DNA of 64,000 nt, taken from NCBI GenBank assembly GCA_964016885.1, contig OZ024742.1, forward strand, positions 143,282,001 through 143,346,000. The letters run 5' to 3'. The DNA comes from Eledone cirrhosa. Lineage: Eukaryota. Shown here one piece after another: positions 12,942 to 28,394 of this stretch. The position numbers and the translations under genes were made by a program. How positions within the stretch are numbered: position 1 is the stretch's first letter; each line of letters begins with the position of its first letter. The notes beneath the pieces were generated by a model, which searched no databases, had not been told where the DNA came from, and worked only from the letters and a program-made list of their open reading frames with translations.

Positions 12942-16484
<3,543 letters not shown>

Positions 16485-16500
16485 CACATATACATATACA

Positions 16501-16577
<77 letters not shown>

Positions 16578-16579
<2 letters not shown>

Positions 16580-17180
16580 CAGCGGAATATATATTGGTTG
16601 AGGACTTCCTGTATTTGGGAGCAAAGATTGGGAATACGGAAGATGATGTGGTTGAGAGGAAGAGCAAGGCCTGGGCGGCGTGTCACAGCTTGAGATCGGT
16701 GTGGAAGTCGTACCTTCGTAGAGACCTGAAAATCCGCCTCTTCATTGCTGTAGTGGAGTCTGTGCTGCTGTATGGGTCTGAGACTTGGACACTGACCAAG
16801 AGACTCACTCAGATGGTGGATGGGTGCTACACGAGAATGCTGAGGATGGCTCTGAACATTAATCAGTATACACTGAGGATGAAAAACTCAGAGCTGTATG
16901 GGAGCATCCCAAAAGTCAGCTCAAAAGTGACACAGAGGAGACTGAGGTTGGCTGGACATGCTCACCGACATCCAGAGTTGACATTGCATTCAGTGCTCCT
17001 TTGGGAGCCCCTACATGGACACACTAGAAGAGGAAGACCAAGGTTAACATATGTTGATGCCCTAAGGACTGACACTGGTCTGTTGGAGATGCAGGATATG
17101 GCAGCGATAATGAGGGACAGAGACCGCTGGAGAGAACTCGTCCATGGATCTCGGGAATTTTACCCGCCTTAGATAGATAG
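16578..17180 (+). mobile_element. RTE-group LINE 3' fragment
   Basis: Open 192-aa frame: [42 protein letters not shown]; (TAGA)n tail. Confidence 0.88.
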
Positions 17181-17241
17181 ATATATATATATACATATAC
17201 ATATATATTTTTCTTCCTCATAATCGTCTCTTTCTCCCTGT

Positions 17242-17292
<51 letters not shown>

Positions 17293-17296
<4 letters not shown>

Positions 17297-17640
17297 AAAA
17301 TTGAACAGGAACAAAACAGAGAGGCAGTACGAACAAAGGTTTATTAATTTCACGCTCTTGAGAGTGGGGTGGTGGTGGGGAACGACGTTTCGGGCATAAG
17401 CCCTTCTTCAGGTGAAAAGTGTGTGGGAAGAGAGTTCAAAGGGTGTATAGGGGAGTGGTGGAGAGACATATAGCAAAAATGGGGTGAGAGGAAACGGTGC
17501 AAATGAAAAGGCATGATTAAAATAAAATTAAAATGGTGTAAAACAGGTGGTGGAAGGGTGTGGGGCGTGTAGGGGCGGTAGCGGGTGGAGTGGGGAGAGG
17601 GAGATGGGGTGTCCGAACGGGGAGGGCTGAAGGTGGTGTG
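17293..17640 (-). mobile_element. Inverted 3' end/pLTR of PLE family B
   Basis: Reverse-complement match to about 15975-16390 with an intact hammerhead core at 17384-17411. Confidence 0.85.
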
Positions 17641-17657
17641 TGTGTGTGTAGGTGTAC

Positions 17658-17712
<55 letters not shown>

Positions 17713-17810
17713 TATATATATATATATATACATATGTATATATATATAACGAAGGAAGTGTGGTAAGGAACCAGACGTAGTACTCAATACTTAGGATAGT
17801 AGAGTGGGTA

Positions 17811-17901
17811 ATAGGAAAATATTTAACCCCGACGGCAGAGCTCAAGCCGTTTCGACGGCTATTTCTGGACTACAGAAATAGCCGTCGGGGTTAAACATTT
17901 T

Positions 17902-17981
<80 letters not shown>

Positions 17982-18083
17982 TTAATATAGAAATGGCTTC
18001 TACAGGACTAAAACTGATTCATTCGGGAGAAATCATCTCCCGAATGAAACAGTTCTAGTCCTGTAGAAGCCATTTCTATATTA
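17811..18083. repeat. Two PLE-type fold-back hairpins separated by (TA)n
   Basis: 17811-17905 TAGGAAAAT..CCCCGACGGC / GCCGTCGGGG..TTTTCCTA; 17983-18083 TTAATATAGAAATGGCTTCTACAGGACTA / TAGTCCTGTAGAAGCCATTTCTATATTAA. Related pieces at about 26510-26600 and 61740-61810. Confidence 0.75.
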
Positions 18084-18159
18084 AATATTTATACACTGCT
18101 ATGTATTGAGTACGTTACTTACTGTGGTTACCCCCGATTGAACCCGGGATAAACACACA

Positions 18160-18232
<73 letters not shown>

Positions 18233-18880
18233 TTCAATGACCCAGTCTATCTAATTGTAAATATGGCGGAGTACAATTAGGTTAAATAGGTGATATGGTT
18301 AAGGTTAAGTACAGATTGCCATACTCATTGTGGGGAACTTGAAATAATTTTATCAATTGAAATCATAACCGTAATGAGAAGAAAAGTCCTCGGAGTCAAT
18401 GAAAATTACTTTTGAATGATACAATGAATGAGACTTTTGAATGAGACAACGGCGACATTTTCATTGACCAAATATTAAATGTGGATATGCTGTGGGAAAG
18501 TGAATTTGATATTTGGTAGCAATGATGGCAACTCCAAACAGGCTGTTATCTTATTTCATTTTCTCAGCGAATTATATTCAACACAACTATCAAGACCACG
18601 TTATAAGTTTCCTTAGCTTGTGGCACCAATATGATCATAAAGGAGAATACATTCTGTCAAGATGATTGTAGATACAGTAGCTGTCACTCAACCTGCTAGA
18701 AACAACGGCCACACACACACACAGACACACATATTGTATGTATATAAAAGAAAATTCAACAAGGAGAAATGGCACAAGAGAACAATACAATACAATGCTA
18801 GTATATTAGGTTAAACGCTTGAAATAGTTGGAAAAGAGTCCGAACGTTTTGAACGCCAGTCGTTCATCGGACTATAGAAT

Positions 18881-19047
<167 letters not shown>

Positions 19048-19063
19048 ACACACATACATATAT

Positions 19064-19092
<29 letters not shown>

Positions 19093-19096
<4 letters not shown>

Positions 19097-19324
19097 CGAT
19101 ATTAAACAAATGGAAACTATACTTATAAAACCATATTTATTTCATTATACATATTCCAGGGATACCATATTAAAAATATGGCATGCCTTCGTCAGATAAA
19201 ATACAATATATAAAATTTTATATGACGAAGGCATGCCATATTTTTAATATGGTATCCCTGAAATATGTATAATGAAATAAATATGGTTTTATAAATATAG
19301 TTTCCATTTGTTTAATATCGTATA
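19093..19324. repeat. Fold-back hairpin with about 100-bp arms; right arm starts in a hammerhead core
   Basis: Near-perfect inverted repeat; right arm reads TGACGA-AGGCATGCCATA/TATGGTATCCCT-GAAA. Confidence 0.8.
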
Positions 19325-19407
19325 TCTACTCCAAAAACTTGTCGAGTGCTTTATATCGGTTATAAAATATTTACTTGTTGTAACCCAACAATTTTAAATA
19401 AAACTTT

Positions 19408-19444
<37 letters not shown>

Positions 19445-19520
19445 CATACATACATATATATATATAAATATATATATACAGAGAGAGAGAGTGAGCGAGA
19501 GAGGGATAGGGAGAGAGAGA

Positions 19521-19599
<79 letters not shown>

Positions 19600-19699
19600 A
19601 AGGTTGTTTGGGTGATAGAAAAAGAAAATGGAGACAGACAGATAAGAGTAAGAAAGAAAAAAAAGAAAATGAAAAAGGTAATATGAGAATAAGCACGTG

Positions 19700-20983
19700 G
19701 TTGTATGTATGATGTGTGTATGTATGTATATATGTATGTTTGTATGTATGTATATAAGTGTGTATGTATGTATATATGTATGTTTGTATGTATGTATGTA
19801 TGTATGTATATATGTATGTATGTTAACTCGTTCAGCCAATCGGTAGGGGTTCTCCTACATGGATATAAAGTAGTGGCCGTACTCGAAAACGAGTTGGCAG
19901 CCACCATGTTTAATATGTATCTATGTATGTATGTAAGCTAATACGTATGTATGTAAGTATGTATGTATGTGAATATGTATCTATGTATGTAAGCTAATAC
20001 GTATGTATGTAAGTATGTATGTATGTGAATATGTATCTATGTATGTATGCTAATACGTATGTATGTAAGTATGTATGTAAGTATGTGAATATGTATCTAT
20101 GTATGTATGCTAATACGTATGTATGTAAGTATGTATGTAAGTATGTGAATATGTATCTATGTATGTAAGCTAATACGTATGTATGTAAGTATGTATGTAT
20201 GTGAATATGTATCTATGTATGTATGCTAATACGTATGTATGTAAGTATGTATGTAAGTATGTGAATATGTATCTATGTATGTATGCTAATACGTATGTAT
20301 GTAAGTATGTATGTAAGTATGTGAATATGTATCTATGTATGTATGTAAATGCGTATGTATGTAAGTATGTAAGTATGTTATGTATGTATATATATATATA
20401 TGTATGTACGGATGTATGTTTGTATCCAATATTCTAAACAGTTGTTCTTAGCTAGCTCTTTATTTCTCTTCAGCTATACCGAGAAGAGAATATTCTTAGA
20501 ACTTTGGTTACGAGAACCGCAGAGAATTCCTTAATGTCATGCAACCATATGAATGCACTTTTGTCGCCCATCAACGTCATTGGATGATGTCTGTTCTCTT
20601 TTGCTTGTCTGTTCTCTTTTGGAGAGGAAAACCGTTTTAACGATTAATGCTAAGATATTTGATCCTAGCGTACATAAATACAATCAGTTGTTTGTAATGC
20701 CTTTGTATTTTCGCATCCAAGTAGAGCTCATGTTTACTATATACGTTCAACCTTCCACATTTACATACATGTAAACAAACTCGTACACTCAAACACACAC
20801 ATTTTGCGAACCGCGCAAATATTTAGGTGTGTATTAGTATGAGTGTGCAAGGATGTATGTATGTATGTATGTATGTATGTATGTATGTATGTATGTATGT
20901 ATGTATGTATGTATGTATGTATGTATGTATGTATGTGTGCATCCATGTATGTATGTATGTATGTATGTATGTATGTATGTATG

Positions 20984-21014
<31 letters not shown>

Positions 21015-21570
21015 GTATATGTGTGCATGCATGTATGTATGTATGTATGTATGTATGTATGTATGTATGTATGTATGTATGTATGTATGTATGCTTGTAT
21101 GTAAGTATATATGTGTGCATGCATGTATGTATGTATGTATGTATGTATGTATGTATGTATGTATGCTTGTATGTAAGTATGTATGCATGTATGTATGTAT
21201 GTGTGTATGTATGTATGTATGTATGTATGTATGTATGCCTCTATGTATGTATGTATGTATGTATGTATGTATGTATATAAGTATGTATGCATGTATGTAT
21301 GTATGTATGTATGTATGTATGTATGTATGCCTCTATGTATGTATGTATGTATGTATGTATGTATGTATGTATGTATGTATGAATGTATGTATGCTTTTAT
21401 GTAAGTATGCATGTATGTATGTATGTATGTATGTTTGTATATGTAAATCAATGTATGTATATGCATGCATGCATGTATGTATGTATGTATGTATGTATGT
21501 ATGTATGTATGTATGTATGTATGTATGTATGTATGTATGTATGTATGCATGTATTTATGTAAGAATGTAT
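19700..21570. repeat. (TATG)n microsatellite field including a 52-60-bp higher-order repeat at about 19915-20370
   Basis: Directly visible; 20041-20100 equals 20101-20160. Confidence 0.9.
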
Positions 21571-21777
21571 GTTCTCTCTCTATCCCTCTCATATATACAT
21601 ATACTTATACACTTATACATACTCACACATTCACATGTATATGTATTGTGTTTAAGGCGTGTTTGTAATTCAAGGGAATTGTCACTTTAGCGGAAACATC
21701 AGCATTTGTCATAAGATCCGCACATATGTCTTTCTTTTCTATACTCTATCCTTTACATTTACATACTCACGCATATG

Positions 21778-21815
<38 letters not shown>

Positions 21816-23533
21816 TATATATATATATATATAAATATATATACGCACGCATACATAGACCTACGTGAACACGCAATCTTAAAGATAGCTTATCTGTCAA
21901 AGTTTTGTATATATGGTAACCTTTTTATTAGATAATAGTATGTGTGATTTGCGAGAAATCTGGTTCGTTATTTCATGCTTCAGCAGACCTATGAGGAAAG
22001 CCTTCCATCCTTGATCACAACTGAGCTTTTCGTAGATCACAGGCATTTTCTAATTTATCCTTCTATTTTGAAGGGAATTTTAGAGAGCATTGATTGCTAT
22101 CTCCATCATGTTGAACTTTCGTCAAAAGTCTCCCTTGTTGTTTAGCTCCACGTTAGCTTTGATCAATTAAACCTATGATGAAATACGGTTAAACCGGAAT
22201 TATCCTGTCCTTTTATATATCAGGGGCTGCATTTTCCAATATGTTCATCAATTTTAAACCCCTTTGATACCAAACTATCTGAAACCACCCCTGGTTCTAT
22301 GATACAAAGCTGTATATTTTAAAGTATTTTTAATTATTCATCATAATTCTATGTAAAAATCTTTGTCAAGTTATATTACTAAGCCCGTCCAAAATTTAGA
22401 TTTTTTTCACGATTATTTGAAAATACCAGGCAATGATTTTCATTAGAAATATAGGAAACGAAAGGATTAAAGGAAATTTGAAGCAAATTTAACTGGTATA
22501 TGTTGCATTTATTATTTAGACCTGGGTAATCCTGATTGAACCTCTGACCATCCCATCTCTTTCCCAAAATACACATTGCATTCAGAACTACATCATCTGA
22601 CGTTCCCATTTGTTTAAGACAGTAACGTACAAACATTCATGCACACAAAACAGACTTAAATATAAGTATTATCAGAAAAAGAGGGATAGAGGGATGGGGG
22701 GGGGGGGGGGTAATCTGACAGGTAGATTGATACATGTAAATTCTTAGACGGTGTAGTTGGCTGATTAATATAAACACACGAAATTGCTACAGCTCGTGTG
22801 TTTTATGTATATGTGTGTAGATGTATGTATGTATGTATGTATGTATGTATGTATGTATGTATGTATGTATGTATGTATGTATGTATGTTTTTATGCATAT
22901 GTATGTATGTAAGTATGTATTATGTGTGTGTGTATGTTTGTATGTATGTATCCATGTATTTATTTATAATTATATGTATGTGTGTACGTATGTATGTTTG
23001 TTTGTATTTATGTATGTAAACGGACTTCCATTCACTTGTAGCAATAATAAAAAAGAATAAATAAAATAAATTCCACAAGCATTTTATTTGAAAATCTTCA
23101 AAGTGGTGACATAAATTAGAAAATATTTACAGTTATTCTACCGAGCAGCACAACCAACTGAAAAGTAATGAATTTTGTTGATGTCATTAGCAATATTCTC
23201 TTTAATATATGAAACAGACTCCAACATAACTTTCCAAATATAATACACATCATTCTCAATATATGATTCTATAAATATTGAACTGGATTTAAGTTTAGTG
23301 TTCATATCAAATAATAGGATGCAATGTACATGACTGCTTATTTCAATTGAACTTTTGGATTTCGTCTTGCACAATGAAATTATAATTTTCAGCAAAATCA
23401 CCACGAACAATAACTTCACCTAAATTCATCTCCACTTAAATTCTCGATAAAATTTGGCAATGTAAGAATGAGTTGAAGAGTGACTCATTTTTCACACAAT
23501 AGTGCTATATATGTCGAAGTAGATGGTATTTGT

Positions 23534-24356
23534 TTATGTCAGGTCACTCTTGAGTGCTACTGGTAACATGTCGGGTTGTCGGCGACTAAACTGGCAACCT
23601 CACCAAGTTTACTTGGTGAGGAGGGTGATTTTGGACACCCTGCAGGACAAAAAACAAAACTTGACAAAAGGCGGAAGAACTCATAAGAGTCGACGGCCAT
23701 CCAAAAATGTGTAAATATGTATATACACATGTACATATGTATGTGTATGTATATGCGTGTGTATATGCCTGGGGTGTCCGTGGGGGGCATGTGCCTCGTT
23801 AGGGGGGGGGGGGGGGGGCTAGCCATGCCCTTTTCAGGACAGCTCGTCCTGCATTGGGTCCCACCTGACAGTCAGCTCTCACATGTGGCCCCAAGAAGCT
23901 GTAGCATGCCACAGCGGCCACACCCCGGTAAACCGCCTTGGCTGGCGGGCCGAACAGGGTTGAGGGTAGCCGGACGGGTCTGAACCTTTCCCACACAGGT
24001 TTCTTCTTTAGTGTGCACTCCTAAAGCCTGCGGCGATGGGCGAGAGGCGGAGGTGACAGGTGGAGGTAACCTCTGGGAGTTGCCAGTCTCAAACCCGCAC
24101 GTGAGTGGCGAGCACTTACCAGACGCGCCAAAGACTCTTTTGAACAGTAGAGACGGGCAGAGGTCCCTGAGTTGCCCATGAAAGGAGGAGAAAGAAATCA
24201 ACAGCTCCCCAAGCGACTCCGGTCTCTTCCCCTGCCCCCACTGTCCCCGGACCTGCAAGTCAAGGATCGGCCTCCACAGCCACCTTCGCGCCCACGGCAG
24301 ACGGGAACAGCAATGAAGAAGATGTCATCATCGTTTACGATTGACAACCAAGAAAG
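23534..24356 (+). mobile_element. Composite non-autonomous RTE-type insertion with 13-bp TSD
   Basis: AGATGGTATTTGT at 23521-23533 and 24357-24369. Contains a short element (23534-23705), a TATG-like tract, then an RTE 5' UTR fused to an RTE 3' end (FPCPHCPRTCKSRIGLHSHLRAH*). Confidence 0.82.
23771..23966 (+). ncRNA. HDV-like self-cleaving ribozyme fold at RTE 5' end
   Basis: P1 GGGGTGT(23771-77)/ACACCCC(23920-26); P2 CTCTCACATGT/ACAGGGTTGAGGG (imperfect); P3 GGC/GCC; P1.1 CC/GG(23927-28); P4 CCGCC/GGCGG; J4/2 GCCGA matching CNRA. Confidence 0.75.
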
Positions 24357-26168
24357 AGATGGTATTTGTGAAATCAAATCTGCTCTATCAGTATTTATCC
24401 ATTGCTTAAATATGATGTTGAGTTCTTTTTGGAATTCTTTATCATCTTCACTATCAATTTCCTTTTTAAGTTTATAATAATTTTTCAAATATGTCTCCAC
24501 AACTGCTACTCCAGAACAAGATGTGCAACGATGAATCATACAATATCTAATGTTATGGTCACATTCTTGTCAATAAAATCATGTCAATAAAATCTTGTCA
24601 ATAAAATCATGGTAAGTTTTGTTCAGATTTGAAGCCTGAAACATAAGCTTCACGTTTTGGTGATGGGTACAAACACGTACACAATGCGTCCCAGATGTTC
24701 ATGCAATGATGCGTCACTTCGGCCGCAGTGATGCAAATATGGAAAAGCATATCTGTACATTGGGGTATTTCGCATTAAATTGTGAATATAGCTTTTCATG
24801 ATAGCATCACATTAGGCACTTTGACAGGTGGTCCTTTTTTCTAAGACTTATGTAACCCTTTTTGCTAGGCATTAGCCGCGAGTATTAATCATTACAATAA
24901 AACTCTTCCACAAATGTTTTAGTTTCAGTTCTCATTCGTCTCCCAACATTAAGATCTGGCATAGCCAATATTCTTCTTTGTGACCTCAAAGTCATGGCCT
25001 TGCGCCTGGTGTCCCTGGATACCCCAAATCCCTTGGCTACATACATTAGTGACCATGATTTGGAGGTTAATGTCAATATTTGAAGCCTTTGGTCATGAGT
25101 ATTTCCTTCATTTCATAAACTAAATGATAAAAATAATCAGCTTTATCGCTGTTTATTTTATTTTCTCTATTCTTTCGTGGTTGAAGATGATTCGGATCTA
25201 GCTTCAGCATTGTAGCAACTTTCTTAGTTATTGCTTCTTCTACTTCTTAAATATTTCGTTTTTCACACTTTCTCACTTTTAAACGTTCTTACATCATACA
25301 ATGTGTGTATCATGCAATAATTTAACTATATATATCAGCATTTATGAACATCAAATTGAAATATTGGCAAAATAAAGCTGAACTTCAATAATAAAAAAAA
25401 AAAAAATCGAAATATCTCTTCTAAACCTATCCTAAGTTTCCTTTGAATTACATCAATGTGTACCCAATGCGCAATATAGAGATTTTATGGGAAAAGCAAT
25501 ACAAAATGTTTATGCACTATAACTTTGGAAGGAAGTGAGAGCACAAGCTAATTTTTATATAAAATTAGCATAACTAAGTATCTTCCATCTTAAGTATTAA
25601 CATTACAATGCAAGTTGGGCACTTTGATAAAAAGCTAAATTTAGGTGACAATATTTGGTAAACTTGAAATTTGAATGCTTGTAAATTTATCCATGAAAAT
25701 GCACATTGCTCCTAGTACAATGAAGAAGGCATTGCTCCTAGTACAATGAAGAAGGCTCCTAGTACAATTTCAGCAGTTGCTTTAATTCTTGACTTGAAAA
25801 CTAGGTCAGATATCAATTTTCATTGTGATTGGACAAGTAGAAGTGAAATTACTTGAAACTTATAAATGCCAAAAAATTCAAAGTGGCCGCCTGTTGAGTC
25901 AAATTGGGTGTTTTTACCTGAATTCCAAGAACCAATATATTAATAACAGCTAATCATTTGTACCTAATATTTGGCCAAGTTTGTCATCTTATTAATCCCT
26001 ATTATTGAGTCAAATTTCGTTGATTTTTTAAGAGGATGGGCGTCAGATTAGAAAAATGGTTTCCACTTTGACATGGAATTACCTCGTATGTGTGCATCTC
26101 AGTAAGTGTGTATATATGTATATGCACACAGACACATATGTATACACATATACGTATATATATGTATA

Positions 26169-26213
<45 letters not shown>

Positions 26214-26268
26214 ATATATATATATATGTGTATATATATATATATATATGTGTGTGTGTATATATATA

Positions 26269-26360
<92 letters not shown>

Positions 26361-26395
26361 TAAACGGAATAGAAAATACTGACAAATTGTTCAGA

Positions 26396-26503
<108 letters not shown>

Positions 26504-26596
26504 GGGCTTTGTTGATGATTTCCTTCGAATGAAACAGTTCTAGACGTGTGGAAGCCATTTCTATATTAAATATTTATACTCTGCTATATATTGACC

Positions 26597-26671
<75 letters not shown>

Positions 26672-27063
26672 GATGTGCGCCACATACACACACATACATG
26701 ACATTATGTTAATGACATATATATTAAAAAAGAAGTCAGTTCGTCTTTGTACTTCGTTCAAAACCATTTACACTTCTGCGTATACACTGTATAACCAGAT
26801 GGAGCCCCAATGAACCGAGAATCCCGTTAATTAAAGAGAAATGGAATACACATACATACTCATTCAGACACACACTCAAGTGTGTGTGTGTTTGGGTGAA
26901 AAGAAGTAGCATATAAATTGTTATACAATGATATATATGATATATGTTTATTGTTATTCCGAACTATATAAATACACATACACACACATATATATATAAA
27001 CAGTAGCATATAAATTGTTATACAATGATATATATGATATATATATATATACATATATATATG

Positions 27064-27143
<80 letters not shown>

Positions 27144-28394
27144 TAAACATTTTACACATAGACGTGTGCACATGCATTCACACACATGTATATACGTATA
27201 CGTGTCTATGTTTTACTAGTATTTGTATGTATATGTTATTCAAATTTACGTCCAGGGGATAAAGGAAACATTGAACAGTTTAGAAAAGGTGAAAGTATAC
27301 TAGAAAATAAAATCCATGCCCAAAATAGAATCTAGTTTCAAAATAAAAGAAGATTGCTTCAACCAACTTAAACCTGATGTATGAAGTCTAATAACTGGTG
27401 TATTTATATCTCTTTGGAACGAAATACAAAGTGTAAGACCCAAATAATTATTCGTTTTTATTAAACACAATGTGACAAATATGGTGGCCTTTAAACTGAC
27501 GATGGTAGAAAAGCCTATTTTCTGATTGATTAGTTTAAAAGCTTATTGTGTAGAGCTGACAGTATTTTTCTCATTTTAACACAGAAAAGGATTCCCACGA
27601 CGTCAAAATTCTTATCACCCAGGAGAGTTAAGAAATAAATCCAAGAAAGCTGCTTGGAAATGTAAATCCTTGCAAAGCTCTTAGGTTTGAAAATATATCT
27701 CGATTTCTTTAGAAGAGTTAGTCGTCAAATTGTGCTCCTTTCAGAGGGAGAGCGATCTTTCAGACCATTCGTATTTACTTTATAAGTAGAAATATGCAAC
27801 ATTGTCTTATTTTTATACTAGGAAAACTATGACAAAGCCAAGTCTAACAAAGACAGATTCAAACACTTTCTCCTCTTTCCCCTATCCTTGTTGCCCTTTC
27901 TCCCTATTTACACTAATGTCCCCCTTCCCCCTTCTACTTCCTCACTCTCATTACTCTCCAGCCCCTTCCTATTTTACCTCCTCTTCCCCCTTTCTCTCAT
28001 TCCTCCCCTTCCTACCTCTCCTCACACTTCTTACTCTCCTCTCATGATTCCTCCTTTCTTTCCCTCTCACTTTCCCTCTCCTCTCTTACCTCTCTTTCCC
28101 CATCTTTACCTTTTCTTCTGCCCTATCCTCCTCCATCACACATATTTAAAGTGTACATTTATATATGGTTTTGTTAAAAGGAAAGGGTTGTGCCCGCAGT
28201 TTTCATAGTTCTTCCAAGAGAAGTCAAGTCAATGTACCTGATATTTTTGAACAATTACAAATCAATCTCGAGTTTCAATCACACCGTGTGGCTCCCTGAG
28301 CAGAAATATCTTCTACCATAGCTTTAGGTTGAGTAATGACTTGTGAGTAAAAACGTGGCAGATGGAAACTGTGCTTAAGACCATCGTATGTATG

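Larger units (their letters stand above)
22380..26085 (-). mobile_element. Decayed DNA transposon, Sola2-like transposase relic with one surviving terminus
   Basis: Minus strand FKQWINTDRADL..., DFAENYNFIVQDEIQ, KIHYFS(V)GCAA; terminus GAGGTAATTCCATGTCAA at 26085. The other TIR was not found. Confidence 0.6.

Noticed and set aside
20761-21690. Long ORFs of MYVC/HTYI repeats (also CV, YI, HT, ER and LS ORFs across the window, e.g. 445 aa at 49961-51298)
   Set aside because: Translations of stop-free microsatellites, not genes.
27600-27740. Possible CR1-type RT fragment (KLLGNVNPCKA)
   Set aside because: Too short and decayed to annotate with confidence.
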